From positions 2,695,769 through 2,759,768 of the forward strand of contig CM119264.1 in assembly GCA_051294375.1 (NCBI GenBank): a stretch of 64,000 nucleotides of DNA. Direction: 5' to 3'. Below, piece after piece: positions 12,605-25,849 of this stretch (the first letter of the stretch is position 1; the number at the start of each line of letters is the position of its first letter). Both the position numbers and the translations under genes were made by a program. The notes beneath the pieces are model-generated. The model was not told the origin of the DNA and did not search any database. It saw only the letters and a program-made list of their open reading frames with translations. Source of the stretch: Paraspadella gotoi. Its lineage: Eukaryota > Animalia > Chaetognatha.

Positions 12605-15600
12605 AATGAATCACTTCATGAATCACCTCATTAATCATTTAATTTTTCAGCCCATGAATCACTTAATGAATCATCTAAGGAATCACCTCATGAATAATCT
12701 AATGAATCAGCTCATGAATCACCTCATGAATCTTCCCTCTTTTCACTTGATTTTTGAATTAAGATTCGCGTACAAAGTATCGTTTGCATCGGAATTTCTC
12801 CTCACGTTTGAATTATTATTATTTCTTTTCTTTTTCGGTCGAATTTTCTCTTCTTTTTGTTTCCTATATAATATTCTCTTACCTCTCTTACTTCTCTAAA
12901 TTTTCTCATTCTCCTCCTATCTCTCTCTCTCTCCCCATCTCTCTCTCCCAATCTGTCTCTCCCCATCTCTCTCTCCCATCTCTCTCGCCCCATCTCTCTC
13001 TCCCATATCTCTCTCCCCATCTCTCTCTCCCCATCTCTCTCTCTCTCCCGATAACTGTCCGACCATTACTGTCCCATCATCACTGTCTCTCCACCTTTGC
13101 TCATTTTCGAAGACTCACTTTTCGCCCACATTTTTTTCTCCCTCACACTTACCTCGGGATTTCCTTACCCCAACTTTTTTTAATCTATCCATCACATCGC
13201 GTGAACATCTCTCACCTTCACTTTTATTCTTCTCTCAATTTTCTGACAATTTTCACCATCAAAACAAATCCGTTGTGTCACCATCACAAGACTTGAGTTA
13301 TTCCTGCGTGAAAAAAAACTTGTGATGTATCACTTGTGACCTCGAATTTCGCTTCACTTCACTTTCCCCTTCTCCGCCGCACGTCGCATTAAATTTGGTT
13401 CTGGCAATCATCTTTGCTCCGCCGACCCGCAGCCGCCGCTGCCGACGCCGNNNNNNNNNNNNNNNNNNNNNNNNNNNNNNNNNNNNNNNNNNNNNNNNNN
13501 NNNNNNNNNNNNNNNNNNNNNNNNNNNNNNNNNNNNNNNNNNNNNNNNNNNNNNNNNNNNNNNNNNNNNNNNNNNNNNNNNNNNNNNNNNNNNNNNNNNN
13601 NNNNNNNNNNNNNNNNNNNNNNNNNNNNNNNNNNNNNNNNNNNNNNNNNNNNNNNNNNNNNNNNNNNNNNNNNNNNNNNNNNNNNNNNNNNNNNNNNNNN
13701 NNNNNNNNNNNNNNNNNNNNNNNNNNNNNNNNNNNNNNNNNNNNNNNNNNNNNNNNNNNNNNNNNNNNNNNNNNNNNNNNNNNNNNNNNNNNNNNNNNNN
13801 NNNNNNNNNNNNNNNNNNNNNNNNNNNNNNNNNNNNNNNNNNNNNNNNNNNNNNNNNNNNNNNNNNNNNNNNNNNNNNNNNNNNNNNNNNNNNNNNNNNN
13901 NNNNNNNNNNNNNNNNNNNNNNNNGAGAGAGAGAGAGTCATTGCAATTCTCGACGAGGGTCAAACGCGGGTTTTTCTCTCTTTGTATTCTTCTCACTCAG
14001 AAGAATTAATCGGTTTTCTTTCTTTTTGGTTTTGTGGTCGAGCGACGGGCTGGCGAGTGGCCAGTGGCGTGAAAGGCGTGAAATATTCAGCTGCGGAGTG
14101 TTCACCGGTTATGATAAACGTGACGCGGGAGAAGATTCGCTCATTGGCCCGTAATGAGTGAATGTAATTATTCTATATTATGATAAAATTAAAACAAAAA
14201 AAAATCATATGATATGAATTTTAAGCAAGGTAGCGTATAATTTAACTAAACGAATAATCAAAAAAAAAATTCTTAAATAAAAGAAAAAAGAAAGAAACGT
14301 GAAAGACAAAGAATCACAACTTCAAGGCCGAAACTCATAACACAAGGTAATTATATACGGAACTGATATAGAAATTAGAACCAGAAAACCGGATGTCGAA
14401 AGAATAAATATCTCAAACACGGATGTATATATCGAGAAACCCCGTATGTAAATAGGCGAAAGGCGAATGTGATCGGCGCCATTAGTTCCGGGTAAGTGAC
14501 TCTTTCAAAGTGTGAACCGTCAAAGGGTGAGTTAAGTCGCGCGGTTCGATTCACATTTTAATTCCTCGTTGATTGGAACCGAAAAAGATTTTGACCTTCG
14601 CTTAAGTTGACCTCTTGACGGCCCGACCTTTCCTTTCCCGAAGCCAACGTATTGATTGGTCGAGTTGATCTCATTGCTTGATCCTCTGCTTGATACTTCG
14701 CTTCGAATCCAAATGTTGGCTTAAAGTTTGTGCTTGGGCTGTTGCCCTCCTTCCCTCTCGGCCGGTTTCCAGCGGTCGACCCGCCAGACTAAAGACCCTC
14801 TCGAAAGGTCGGCCTTTTTTTTCGGCCTGTCGGCCTGTTGGCCTATTGCTTTGTTGGCCTGTTGGCCTGTTGGCCTATTGGTTTGTTGGCCTGTTGGCCT
14901 GTCGGCCGAAACTCGAACGTGCAGCGCGTCTTTTCCCTTTTCCTCTTTTAACAGGTTAATCGCGTCTACTTCTATCCATTTTAGGTTAGGCTCTCGTGTG
15001 AATTTATGAAAAGAGATGAGATGTGAAAGATGTGAGATATCGTATGCGGGTGCTGAGATAATATGCGATAATGTAATTTTAATAACGAAGCGTTAGAAAC
15101 AGCAACCAATGGTATTTATTTATTTTTTACGTATAAAACCGCTTACGTAATTCCTCCTTTGCTATTTTTCCCCATTTTTATTCTTTAGAAAACGAAAAAA
15201 AAAGTTTAAAAGTCCTTTTTGCCAATTAATGGTAAACTAAGTCCGTCGGTTTTCGTCTTGAAAGTCTTTTAAATATATTAAGCTATTTGATTTCATTTTA
15301 ATTTAAAATTTCGATTTATTGAGGGCCCAACATTTATCATTTTTTCTCGATTAGATCTTATCTTTTTGTCGGTCCGTCCGTCTATCAGTCTGTTTGTCAG
15401 CCAATGCGTTAAACGACAATTACGAGAAGAGCTTTTGATGACGATAACAAATTACAGACGTGAGACAAAACGCACAGAGGAAACTGTGATTTGTGATTGT
15501 GAAGATAGAAGGTGAAAGATGGAAGGAAAAGAGAAGTGATAAGAAAAATAAGAAGAGAATGGGAGGGAAGAAAAGAAAAGAAAAGAAAAGAAAAGAAAAG

Positions 15601-16489
15601 AAAAGAAAAGAAAAGAAAAGAAAAGAAAAGAAAAGAAAATAGAAAATCTACTAGAGAGAAAAAAAATTGGTTCTAGTCAGCGATTTTAGACCAGATTAGG
15701 TCGGGTTAGGGTCTTGGGTCGGGTCACGGGTCGGGTCAGTTCATGGGTCAGTTCATGGGTCAGGTCATGGATCCGTTCAGGGGTCGGGTCACGGTTAAGG
15801 TCATCGACCTTTCCACCCAAATCCTCCTTCGCGCCTTCTCGCCTTTTTTTCAATCTTCCGCGAAGTTAGAACTGGGATAAATGAGAAATGGTATTAAGGG
15901 AAGTGGTAAAAGAAAAGTGAAAAGTGGCAGATGGTAAATGAGAAATGGTATTAAGGGAAGTGGTAAAATAAAAGTGAAAAGTGGCGGATGGTAAATGATA
16001 AATGGTATTAAGGGAAGTGGTAAAAGAAAAGTGAAAAGTGGCAAATGGTAAATGAGAAATGGTATGAGGGCAAATTGAAAAATAAAAGTGAGAAATGGCA
16101 TGTAAGAAGCTGAATTAGGCAAAAGGCCAGAAGCACAAAGCATTGCTTATGTTTGATCGTCCTTTATTAGAGTCCATGAATGAAATTGAGGTTCCAAGAC
16201 AAAGATGGCGACAAAAAAAGACAAAGATAGAAAACAGACAAGATAATGCAAATTATAACATGCACAATTTTCGAGTTGGAGAAAAGTAGAGAACTAAAGT
16301 AGTAAATACTAAAGTAAATACTAAAGTAAATACAAAAGTAAATACTAAAGTAGTAAATACTACGTACTACATAAAACTTAGGTTCAGGTCAACGATCAGA
16401 TTCAATATATAACCTAAAATTTTCGTCGATGTAACCGGTTTTTAATGTACTGAGCGCCGGCAATTATCGAGCAGTCCCCACCTGAGCCT

Positions 16490-16529
<40 letters not shown>

Positions 16530-16600
16530 TGCTGCCTCACCCAACACCCGCATTCTGCCGACATCTCTTTCCCCGAGTTCGTTCGCACGAAGATGATCTA
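12605..16600 (+). repeat. Copy 2 of the 2505-6650 segment
   Basis: Starts immediately after the 25-N gap at 12580-12604 with aatgaatcacttcatgaatcacctcattaatcatttaatttttcag, as at 2505. Confidence 0.95.
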
Positions 16601-18326
16601 CGCAGGAAAAGCGAAAAAAGAGCCGATAATCATCAATCAGGGAAAAGGGGGGAGTGGACCGGGGTGGTGGGGATTGGTAGGGATTGGTGGGGAGTGGTGA
16701 ATCGGCTACCATCTTCTTATCACCAATTCTGACCGACTCCTTACACTCTACCTACAGCTCGCTGGTGCAATCCCTACCATCCTTCAATTCCCTATCACTC
16801 CTTCAAATCCCTGCCATTTCCCTAACCACTCCCCCACATCCAGTACCACTCTCTATCAGCTCCGCTGACCCTATCCCACCACTCCCCCCAACCCAATCCT
16901 ACAAGACGAGAGGGCCAAAGGGCATAGGTAGGGATCAGAAAATCGAGCACGGATTTTCCCAAGGAGAAGCGTAATGGCGAGGATTTGATAGGAATACCAA
17001 GCTGAACCATGTGTTCTATGGAAGCCTGTATGTCGGCGTCCTGCCCGGCGATGTCAGCAGTGCCGAGTCGGCGATTCCTTCGCGGTATCGACGAACGCGA
17101 CGGCGGGCTCAGACTGACGCCGACGAGTTATGCCAGGACATGCCGCAGAGCAGGACGGCGCCCACCCAGCAAGCGACGATGGTCGCGGCGGCCCTGTGTC
17201 TGTGCGTGTACATTGGCCCGCACAAGCGCGCCGGCAGGCGGCGGAGGGCTGGGAGGACGGCGGCGGCTGGCCGGCGCCGCCGGCGGGAGCAGCGGGCGCC
17301 GCGAAGGCGGAACCGGGCACGGCGGCGGCCAGCCGGCCGCAGAAAAAAGAAGAACCGAACGAACAGGCGCGCACCCGGTAATGGCGGCGCCACGTCAACG
17401 GCGCGGGGGGGTCCCGCGAGGAGGCAGAAGCCGGAAAGAAGGCGGTGACGGACCCCAGGAACCTGGTGCCTGACGCCGCCCAGGGACGTAACATAATCTC
17501 CAGGGCAGGGTGAGGCCGATGTGTCAGCGTGGAGAAGTTAGCGGACGGGCGAGAGTGGACCAATTACAAAACTGGAGGTGTGAAAACACCTCGAGAGGGG
17601 CGGAGACAAGCGATTTTAGAACGAGGGGATGGATAAAGTAAAAGGTTGCAGACAGTGAAAGGGGAAAGAGAAAAATGAGGGCAGAGGAAGGAGAAGATAG
17701 AAAAGAAGCAATGAAGTATTCAGAAGATTAGTAAAATTTGAAGGGTCGGACACGGGGGCAGAAGGAGAGGAGAGGATATTTCTGCTATGTCGAAGGAATG
17801 CCTTTAAGGGGATTTAAATTGTACGATTTAATAAAAGGATAACCAGGTTAATGTATAAGTAACAGTCATGTAGACGGCGCCTTGAAGGAGGCATCCGTAC
17901 TTTATGCAAGGACAGAGCACGTCGGACAGAGAGGCAATTATTCATGTTATAAGGTGATAACCGAATATATCGGTTAGGTATACAGAATTTAGGAATCTGA
18001 GATCCGGTTTTTAATAGGCACAATAAGGGTGAACTAATGGCGCACCAGTGAACGCATTGGGGATCTGAAACTTGCCTGAGGTGGGCGACGAAGCGATGCC
18101 AGGAAGAGGAGGAACGGTGCACGGCACGGTTGCAGTATAGATGTGACAGGTTGGCGATGCAACAGGTGTGAGGCAGGCGGGGCAGGCCAGGCGGGGGGGG
18201 AATTGGGAATATTGCGGGTAGTGGGAGAGGCCCTGCGAAGGGAGAATATGATGATCAGGTAATAACATGGAGGTGATGACATTCGTATGGCGAGGGAAAG
18301 TTTCCGCAAGCAGGGTAGACAGGGTG

Positions 18327-18505
18327 TCGCGCGCGCGCGCGCGCGCGCGCGCGCGCGTACGCTGACGATATTTCTTGCCTGTCGCGCGCGCGCGGAAGCT
18401 GCGCGCGCGCGCGCGGGCGCGCGCGCGCGCGCACTGCTGCGCGCGCGCGCGCGCGCGCGCGCTCGCGCGCGCGCGCGCAGCGCGACCGCGCGCGCGACCG
18501 CGCAA
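18327..18505. repeat. Interrupted alternating (CG)n tracts inside a low-quality-looking stretch
   Basis: gcgcgcgc runs read directly. Absent from the homologous copy at 28640-28935. Confidence 0.8.
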
Positions 18506-20462
18506 GCTTGTGCGACCGGAATGGGGGGCGGGTTCGATGAAAGCGGGAGCTGGAAGAGTAAGCACCCAAAAATAAAAGGCATCATCGAATGGAATGAGAT
18601 AGAAAATCGATGAGGGCAGCAGGCCGAACACAGAGGTAAGATACGAGATAGGACCAAGAAAATGAGCAGAGAGAGAGAGAGAGGGAGGAGATGAGTAGAG
18701 AGAGAGACGAGAGAAAGAGGAGAGAACGAATTTTTAATTTGACGTGAGTAAAGAGAGAGTAGAGAGTGAGAGAGAGAGAGGAGACGAAGGCCAGGAAGCC
18801 AGAGCGGAGTGCGAGCGCGCGCGGGGGNNNNNNNNNNNNNNNNNNNNNNNNNGTAGGGATTGGTAAGGAGTGGTAGGGATTGGTAGGGAGTGGTAAGGAG
18901 TGGTAGGTAGTGATCGGGAGTGGTAGGAATTGGTAAGGAGTGGTTGGGAGATCCGAGGAATGATAGCGAGGTGGTCTAAAAGTCTGGGAGTGTGAGTGCC
19001 AGGGAGTGTTGTTTTCCTTAAATGAAGGAAACTCTTAAGTGAGGATTGAAGAAGGAGAATTATCTCAATTCAAAACTCAATTTTCAGAACTAAAATATAT
19101 ACAATTATAAACATTTATATAATTGAAACATTCTTCGAAATATCATACAACTTCACTGATATGGAACCAGAAGCTCTGGGAGTCTTGATTAAAAGCTCGA
19201 AGGGTCCGGATATAATATTTTTAGNNNNNNNNNNNNNNNNNNNNNNNNNNNNNNNNNNNNNNNNNNNNNNNNNNNNNNNNNNNNNNNNNNNNNNNNNNNN
19301 NNNNNNNNNNNNNNNNNNNNNNNNNNNNNNNNNNNNNNNNNNNNNNNNNNNNNNNNNNNNNNNNNNNNNNNNNNNNNNNNNNNNNNNNNNNNNNNNNNNN
19401 NNNNNNNNNNNNNNNNNNNNNNNNNNNNNNNNNNNNNNNNNNNNNNNNNNNNNNNNNNNNNNNNNNNNNNNNNNNNNNNNNNNNNNNNNNNNNNNNNNNN
19501 NNNNNNNNNNNNNNNNNNNNNNNNNNNNNNNNNNNNNNNNNNNNNNNNNNNNNNNNNNNNNNNNNNNNNNNNNNNNNNNNNNNNNNNNNNNNNNNNNNNN
19601 NNNNNNNNNNNNNNNNNNNNNNNNNNNNNNNNNNNNNNNNNNNNNNNNNNNNNNNNNNNNNNNNNNNNNNNNNNNNNNNNNNNNNNNNNNNNNNNNNNNN
19701 NNNNNNNNNNNNNNNNNNNNNNNNNNNNNNNNNNNNNNNNNNNNNNNNNNNNNNNNNNNNNNNNNNNNNNNNNNNNNNNNNNNNNNNNNNCATTCACTAC
19801 TTTCCGCTCCGGGCCGCGCGAGTATAGCTGGAGAATTATAAAGTTTTTTCGGTACGTAGGCTGGTTTCAGTACCGTTTGGTTTTTGTCATCGGTCGCTTT
19901 TAGTAAAATAGCCATATAATTGCTATAGTTGTTTGTCATTGGCAAAAACCTGAATTCCCTAAGGAACCTCGGCCTAGTAGAAATCGATGGTAGTGCGATC
20001 GTCCATAATTCAGGGCCTAAGAAGTTTTTACTTTATGTCATGTCACTAGTCATATCCATGTGATAAAGTCCATGCCGGCGGAAGACTTTAATGAAATAAT
20101 CTCGTTATTCTTGTTTTTTGGTTTTTTTTTTTTTTTGATAAGAAGGCAAAAGGCAATATATACACAAGGTAGCTGTAAAGTCCGGGATAGCTATTACTAG
20201 TTTCTCCGATGAATGAATAAGTGTTTTTCGATATTGTTCTACCGATTTTCACATAACGTAAATAAGTTACATCTAAGGAAATCCGATTTTTTCAAAGGTT
20301 CCAGCTTCAAAGCCGATTTTCAGTATTAAGCATGCAGATGAGCAAATGTTTATTTTTTCGGGACGCTTATAGAAACTAGAGATAAAATTTATGTCGTCGT
20401 CGTCGTCGTCGTCTTCGCATTTAACGTTAACATTCGTCACGATTGACAATTTCACCATCACC

Positions 20463-20651
20463 GTCATTGTGACATCAGGGCTCATGTCTCTGTCATTGTC
20501 GATTGTCATTGTCATTGTGACATCAGGGCTCATGTCTCTGTCATATCGATTGTCATTGTCATTGTGACATCAGGGCTAATGTCTCTGTCATTGTTGATTG
20601 TCATTGTCATTGTGACATCAGGGCTCATGTCTCTGTCATTGTCGATTGTCA
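20463..20651 (+). repeat. 48-bp minisatellite, 4 copies (GTCATTGTGACATCAGGGCTCATGTCTCTGTCATTGTCGATTGTCATT)
   Basis: Unit starts at 20463 and 20511, then ~20558 and ~20606. Confidence 0.92.
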
Positions 20652-20770
20652 TCGTTATTCTTACGTATTTTTCCCATTAGAGTCAATTTCGTATTATTGT
20701 CTTCGTGACTACACATGCCCTATCACTAGATCTTTGCNNNNNNNNNNAGGTCAATCGAACCCGAATTTTA

Positions 20771-20965
20771 TTTTTAGGCCGGATCTGAAGATCGCAGATT
20801 CCGGCTCGATAATCAACTTTGTCGGTCTGTCGGTCGCCCCCTATGGTTTGGTCGGTCGGTTACTTGAATCATCTTAGAACATTGAATTATGAAAAGATTA
20901 TGTAAAAAAATCTCTCTGTCTGTTCGTTTGTCTATCCGTATTTCTGTCCAGCCGTCCGTGTCCCC
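20771..20965 (+). mobile_element. Putative Helentron-associated non-autonomous element (HINE/DINE-like) 5' head; second copy at ~29908
   Basis: TTTTTAG, then the inverted repeat gccggatctg...cagattccggc, then a (GTCG/GTCT/GTCC)n microsatellite. This is the known HINE/DINE-1 5' layout. No family match was checked. Confidence 0.5.
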
Positions 20966-21316
20966 TTGGCTTTCAACTTTTATTAAAAAGAAAAAAAGGA
21001 GAGATAAGGAAAACAGAAAACACAAGGAAGCAAAGGAAGTAAAAAAGGAAAGAAGAAAAGGGAAGAAAAGGAAAAAGAAAAGAAAATAAAATAAAAGGAA
21101 AAAAAGGAAAGAAGAAAAGAAAAGAGGAAAAGAAAAGAAAAGGAAAGAAAAGAAAAGAAAAGAAAATAAAAAAGGAAAAAAGAAAAGGAAAGAAAAGAAA
21201 AGAAAATAAAAAATGAAAGAAGAAAAGGAAAGAAAAGAAAAGAAAATGAAGCAAAGAAGTCAGAAGATCTGGGGCATTCAGCGAATCCCAGTTTTTTTGG
21301 GGGAGGAGGAAAAAGA

Positions 21317-21360
<44 letters not shown>

Positions 21361-21957
21361 TGATGACGACGACTAAGATGTAAAAAAACATTCAATTTTA
21401 GGACGAAAGATTTGCACTACGAAGACAATGACGACGACGACGACGAAATGTGACAACGCACTGAAATTATTAGATAATCTCTAGAATAAAGATAATGGGG
21501 ATGATTACATTCTCGGACCACAATAGCTATGAATAGACTTACATATTTTAAAGTAAAAATCACAGAAAGAGTAAAACGTGTAATGACAATGACATCAAAA
21601 TACACGCCATCTCCAGGAAATGATTACGATGAACGACGTCGCGACATCACAACAACCACGACAACAACCAACAACGACAACAAATGTTTTTTTTTCCAAA
21701 AGATGAATATTCAAAAGTCTACATCATGATCTTTGCTACAACCTCACACGTCACTCCGTGATCACTGTCCACGCTGTCACACTGTCACAGTTATGGTGAT
21801 AATCATCGTCACTGCAATCCCGTTAACTATCAGCTTTCAATAAAAAAAATCAACGACTAATTTTTTATTTTTTCGTTTTGTTCTTTTACAGACGAGAAGA
21901 ATCGTCAAATCGAATTCCTCAAAATTTCCTTTTTAAATCCAGTTTTTAATTTTTTTT

Positions 21958-23070
21958 TCTTTTAGTCGGATCTGCTTATCAGCAGATCCCGATCTAAACT
22001 CACTTTTATAACTCCACTTTTTCGTCCGTCGTCCGCCCGCCTGCCAAATATTGTCGGGCACATCACTTATATCAATGGTCAGAACATCGAATTATGATAA
22101 ATTATGCAAAAAATTGTCGTACCGTTCCGTCTGTCTGCTCCGTCCGTCCGTCCGTCCGTCCCACGCTAGCAAAAAACACAATTACTCGTGATTGATGGAA
22201 TGGATTTAAATGAAATTTTGTGGTTTGGATAGGTAAGGTGTGTGATTGAGCCTGATATTTAAGTTTGATGAATCGTCGCGATGGAAAATGAGTTTTAAAT
22301 GGAAAAAACAAAAAAATATATTCACTCCATTTGAACACCATAAATTGCTCATGAGTGGATGGGCTGGATTGACTGGAATTTTGTATGTGGGTAGGAAAGT
22401 GTGGATTGAACTAGTGAAATCAAGTTCGATGGAAATAGTTTGAGTGGAAATGAGTTAAATGGAAAAAAACAAAAAAACCTGTTTTACTAATTGATATGCT
22501 TCTTTTTCCTTTTTATATTAAATGTTATCTGCAGGATATATTAATAAATCTAATATTAATCAGTTAATTAATCAATTAGTATAAATTAATCAATAAATTA
22601 ATTAATTAGTCAATCAATCCGTCCATCGTCCCATCTTAGCAAAAACTCCAATAACTCGTGATTGGCTGGTTGGAATTGGAATTAAATTTTGTGTGTGGGT
22701 AGGAAAGTGTGTGATAAAGCCTGGATATAAAATTTCGATGGACATCGTGTGAGTGGAAATTAGTTTAAATGAAAAAAACATAAGTCGAATTTTACTAAAA
22801 TCTTTTTACTTATTTTAACCAATAAATACTCCAATTAATCATAATTGATGATAGATGAGTTGAATTTTGTGTGTTGGGTAGGAAAACGTATGAACGAAGC
22901 TTTGATATAAAGTTCAGTGGAAACGTACCAGTGGAAATGAGTTTAAATGAAAAAAATATAAGTCACATTTACTTGAATTTTTTATTTATTTTAACCCAAT
23001 GATAGATTGAGATGAAAATTTTGTGAGCCAGTAGGAAAGTGAGTGAAGAAGCTAGATATACAAGTTTGAA
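21958..23070 (+). mobile_element. Putative HINE/DINE-like element with internal ~155-180-bp tandem core repeats; duplicate at 31061-32173
   Basis: TTTTAG, hairpin ggatctgct-tatc-agcagatcc (21968-21989), (GTCC)n at ~22024 and 22141-22160. Then five degenerate aattttgtgtgtgggtaggaaagtg cores at ~22213, 22376, 22684, 22862 and 23016. Confidence 0.6.
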
Positions 23071-23634
23071 CGGGAATGCAAGTTGAAAAAATGATGCAAG
23101 TTGAAAACATGAATGCAAGTTAAAAAATCTTTAAAAGCATAAGGATCGTCGGCTATTTAGCATAAAAAGAGAGAAGAGAGAGAGAGAATGAGAGAGTAGA
23201 GAGAGAGAGCGAGGTGAGAGAAGACAGAGAGGAGTTGAGAGAGGAGAGGAGAAAGGAGAGCATAAAATAAAAAAAATCTTATAAAGACTCAAGAATCGAG
23301 CCAGAGCCCACTATCAATAGAAAATTAATGGAAAAAACCGGGAAAAAAACGAATGATCATGCCGATAAACGAATTGGTTGATGTACTGTAATTGATTGAG
23401 GATACTATTGATTGATGTAATAGTAATTTAATTTGGAAATGTAATAGGAATTGATTATTGATTCGATATAATCAATTATTGATGCGATGAATATCATTCA
23501 CTGCCTGTGATGATAGTCCATTCAGTGATGCGATGATGTATTTCATTGATGCGATGATTGGTCCATTCATTGATTGCGATGGATAGGTCAATAAAACAAA
23601 AAATGCGTGTATGAGTGAAAAGAGAGGAGAGAGA

Positions 23635-23676
<42 letters not shown>

Positions 23677-23678
23677 AA

Positions 23679-23724
<46 letters not shown>

Positions 23725-24221
23725 AGAAGAAAGAAAAGAGAAATAAATCCACGAAAATCTCGGATGAAAATATGGGATTTTGTATTGAAAAAAGCGCGGA
23801 ATAAAATGGCAATTAATAAAAGTTTTTAAGAAGGAAAAATAATCAGAATTTTTTTTCAAAAAACAACGATACATGTGTTTAGGCAAAAGACGGACAGAAT
23901 AGGACCAGACAACACAGAGAGACAGAGAGACAGAGAGAGAGAGAGAGAAGAGAAGCCGCTGCAGAGAAAAAGAGAAAGAGAAAGAGCGATATAATAATAA
24001 AAGAAGAGAGAGAGAGAGAAGGCTCATACAGCCCCTTTAAACCGTTTAAAGAATCAAGCAGTACTTATGGCGCCGCACGTAGCGGTGGCTATTCTCCTAC
24101 CCACAAAGGACCCGCGGGACCCCGGGTTCGCGCCATGTTCGTGCGGTTCGTTTTTTTACATTAGTGGGAAAACCCGACATTATTCTAAAAAATTTTTTGG
24201 TAAAAAAAAGAGGAGAGAGGC

Positions 24222-24252
<31 letters not shown>

Positions 24253-25482
24253 GAGAGAGAGAGGAGAGAGAGGGAGGAGAGAGAGGAGAGAGAAGAGAGA
24301 ATAGAAGCCTGGCATCGCTGGCAGAGCCGGAACGTCGTTTTTAGAAGAACAAGTGAGGAGAAGGAGAGAGAGAGAGAGCGACATATATTTAAAACGTTTT
24401 TGTTTTGTAAATAAAACATAAACAAATACATATTGATATGAACATAGAATTTTAAAGATTTTGATGATTAGAAGGCCATATATGAAAATCAACTTCCCTT
24501 GATATCACGACTTTCAGAAGCCATGAATTGCAAAATGCGGAGACCGAAAAGAACGAAAAAAAATCGAGGGAGGACAGGACGGGCTTTTGCCCGCCTGGCT
24601 CGATAATAGAGGAATATTTGTTTGTTTTATAAAAATGTAAACAAAACATTTTAAATAACTGGGCCTGACTCAATTTAAGGACATCGGGATGATGACAGCT
24701 GAATGATAAATTATAATTAATCCTATTAATTAATTAATTAATTTAATCTATTAATTATTTATTTAATCTATTAATTAATTAATTATTAAATTAATAATTA
24801 ATTAATTAATTATCGTAGGCAGACTCCGCATTTGTTTGCTCAAACTTGTTAAATTTTGAATTCAGACGAAAAATGATTTATTATTCTACCTTTTTATCTT
24901 TTATATTCAATAGAATCTTTTTTTCTTTCAAATTTGATTCTCGCGCGATTTTCTTTTTTTTTGTTGTTGTTGTTTAATTGACGTTTTTATTTTTCTCTCA
25001 TTTGAGTCAAATTAGTCAAATTTTTGACGCATCTTTTGTTTTCCCTCGTTTCGTTAAAACTCATCGGTTTTTCTTGTTTTTTTTGGTTTTTCCTATTTCT
25101 AAGAAAAGATGTCTTTTATTCGTGCCCCACTTCCCTCCCTAATCTCTTTTCTTTCCTTTCCTCCCTTTTCCCTTTCCTTCCTCCAACCTTTCTCTCTACT
25201 TTCTTCCTCCCTTTTCGTTCCTTTCTTTTCTTTCCTCCTCCTTTCATTATCCTTTTATCTCCCCCATTTTCATTTTCTCCTTCCACCTTCCTCTTTTCCT
25301 CCTTTCCTTTCCTCCCTTTCCTTTCCTCCAAATTTCACTCCTTCCCCTCCCCTCATTTTTTGACGGGCGGCGCCTTTTCGGCCCCATATGGTTTCCGTTG
25401 ACGCTTATGGTCGAGACAGGGGGAAGACGACGACGGCGACGACGATGAAGAAGACGATGAAGACGACGACAACATCAACGAC

Positions 25483-25513
<31 letters not shown>

Positions 25514-25799
25514 TGACGACGACGACGATGAAGAAGACGATGAAGACGACTACATGAACGAGCGACGACGACGAAGAGCACGACGACCATAACGACGACT
25601 TTGAAAATGGCGACAATGAACGATGATTTATGATAATGATGATGATGAATATGATGACAATGATAATATTGAACAATGTAAGAATGACGATGATGACAAA
25701 AAACTCTACGACCACGACTTAACTGACAATGAAGATGACGATGACAACGCTGTAACAGTTTCGGGGCGAAGNNNNNNNNNNNNNNNNNNNNNNNNNGAG

Positions 25800-25849
<50 letters not shown>

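Noticed and set aside
12606-12899. MNHL-repeat ORF
   Set aside because: Translation of the 12-bp satellite. The frame is not kept in the other copies.
17009-18657. GC-rich overlapping ORFs, including ARARAR repeats
   Set aside because: They lie in the anomalous stretch that is missing from the homologous copy, show no recognisable domain, and are likely read noise.
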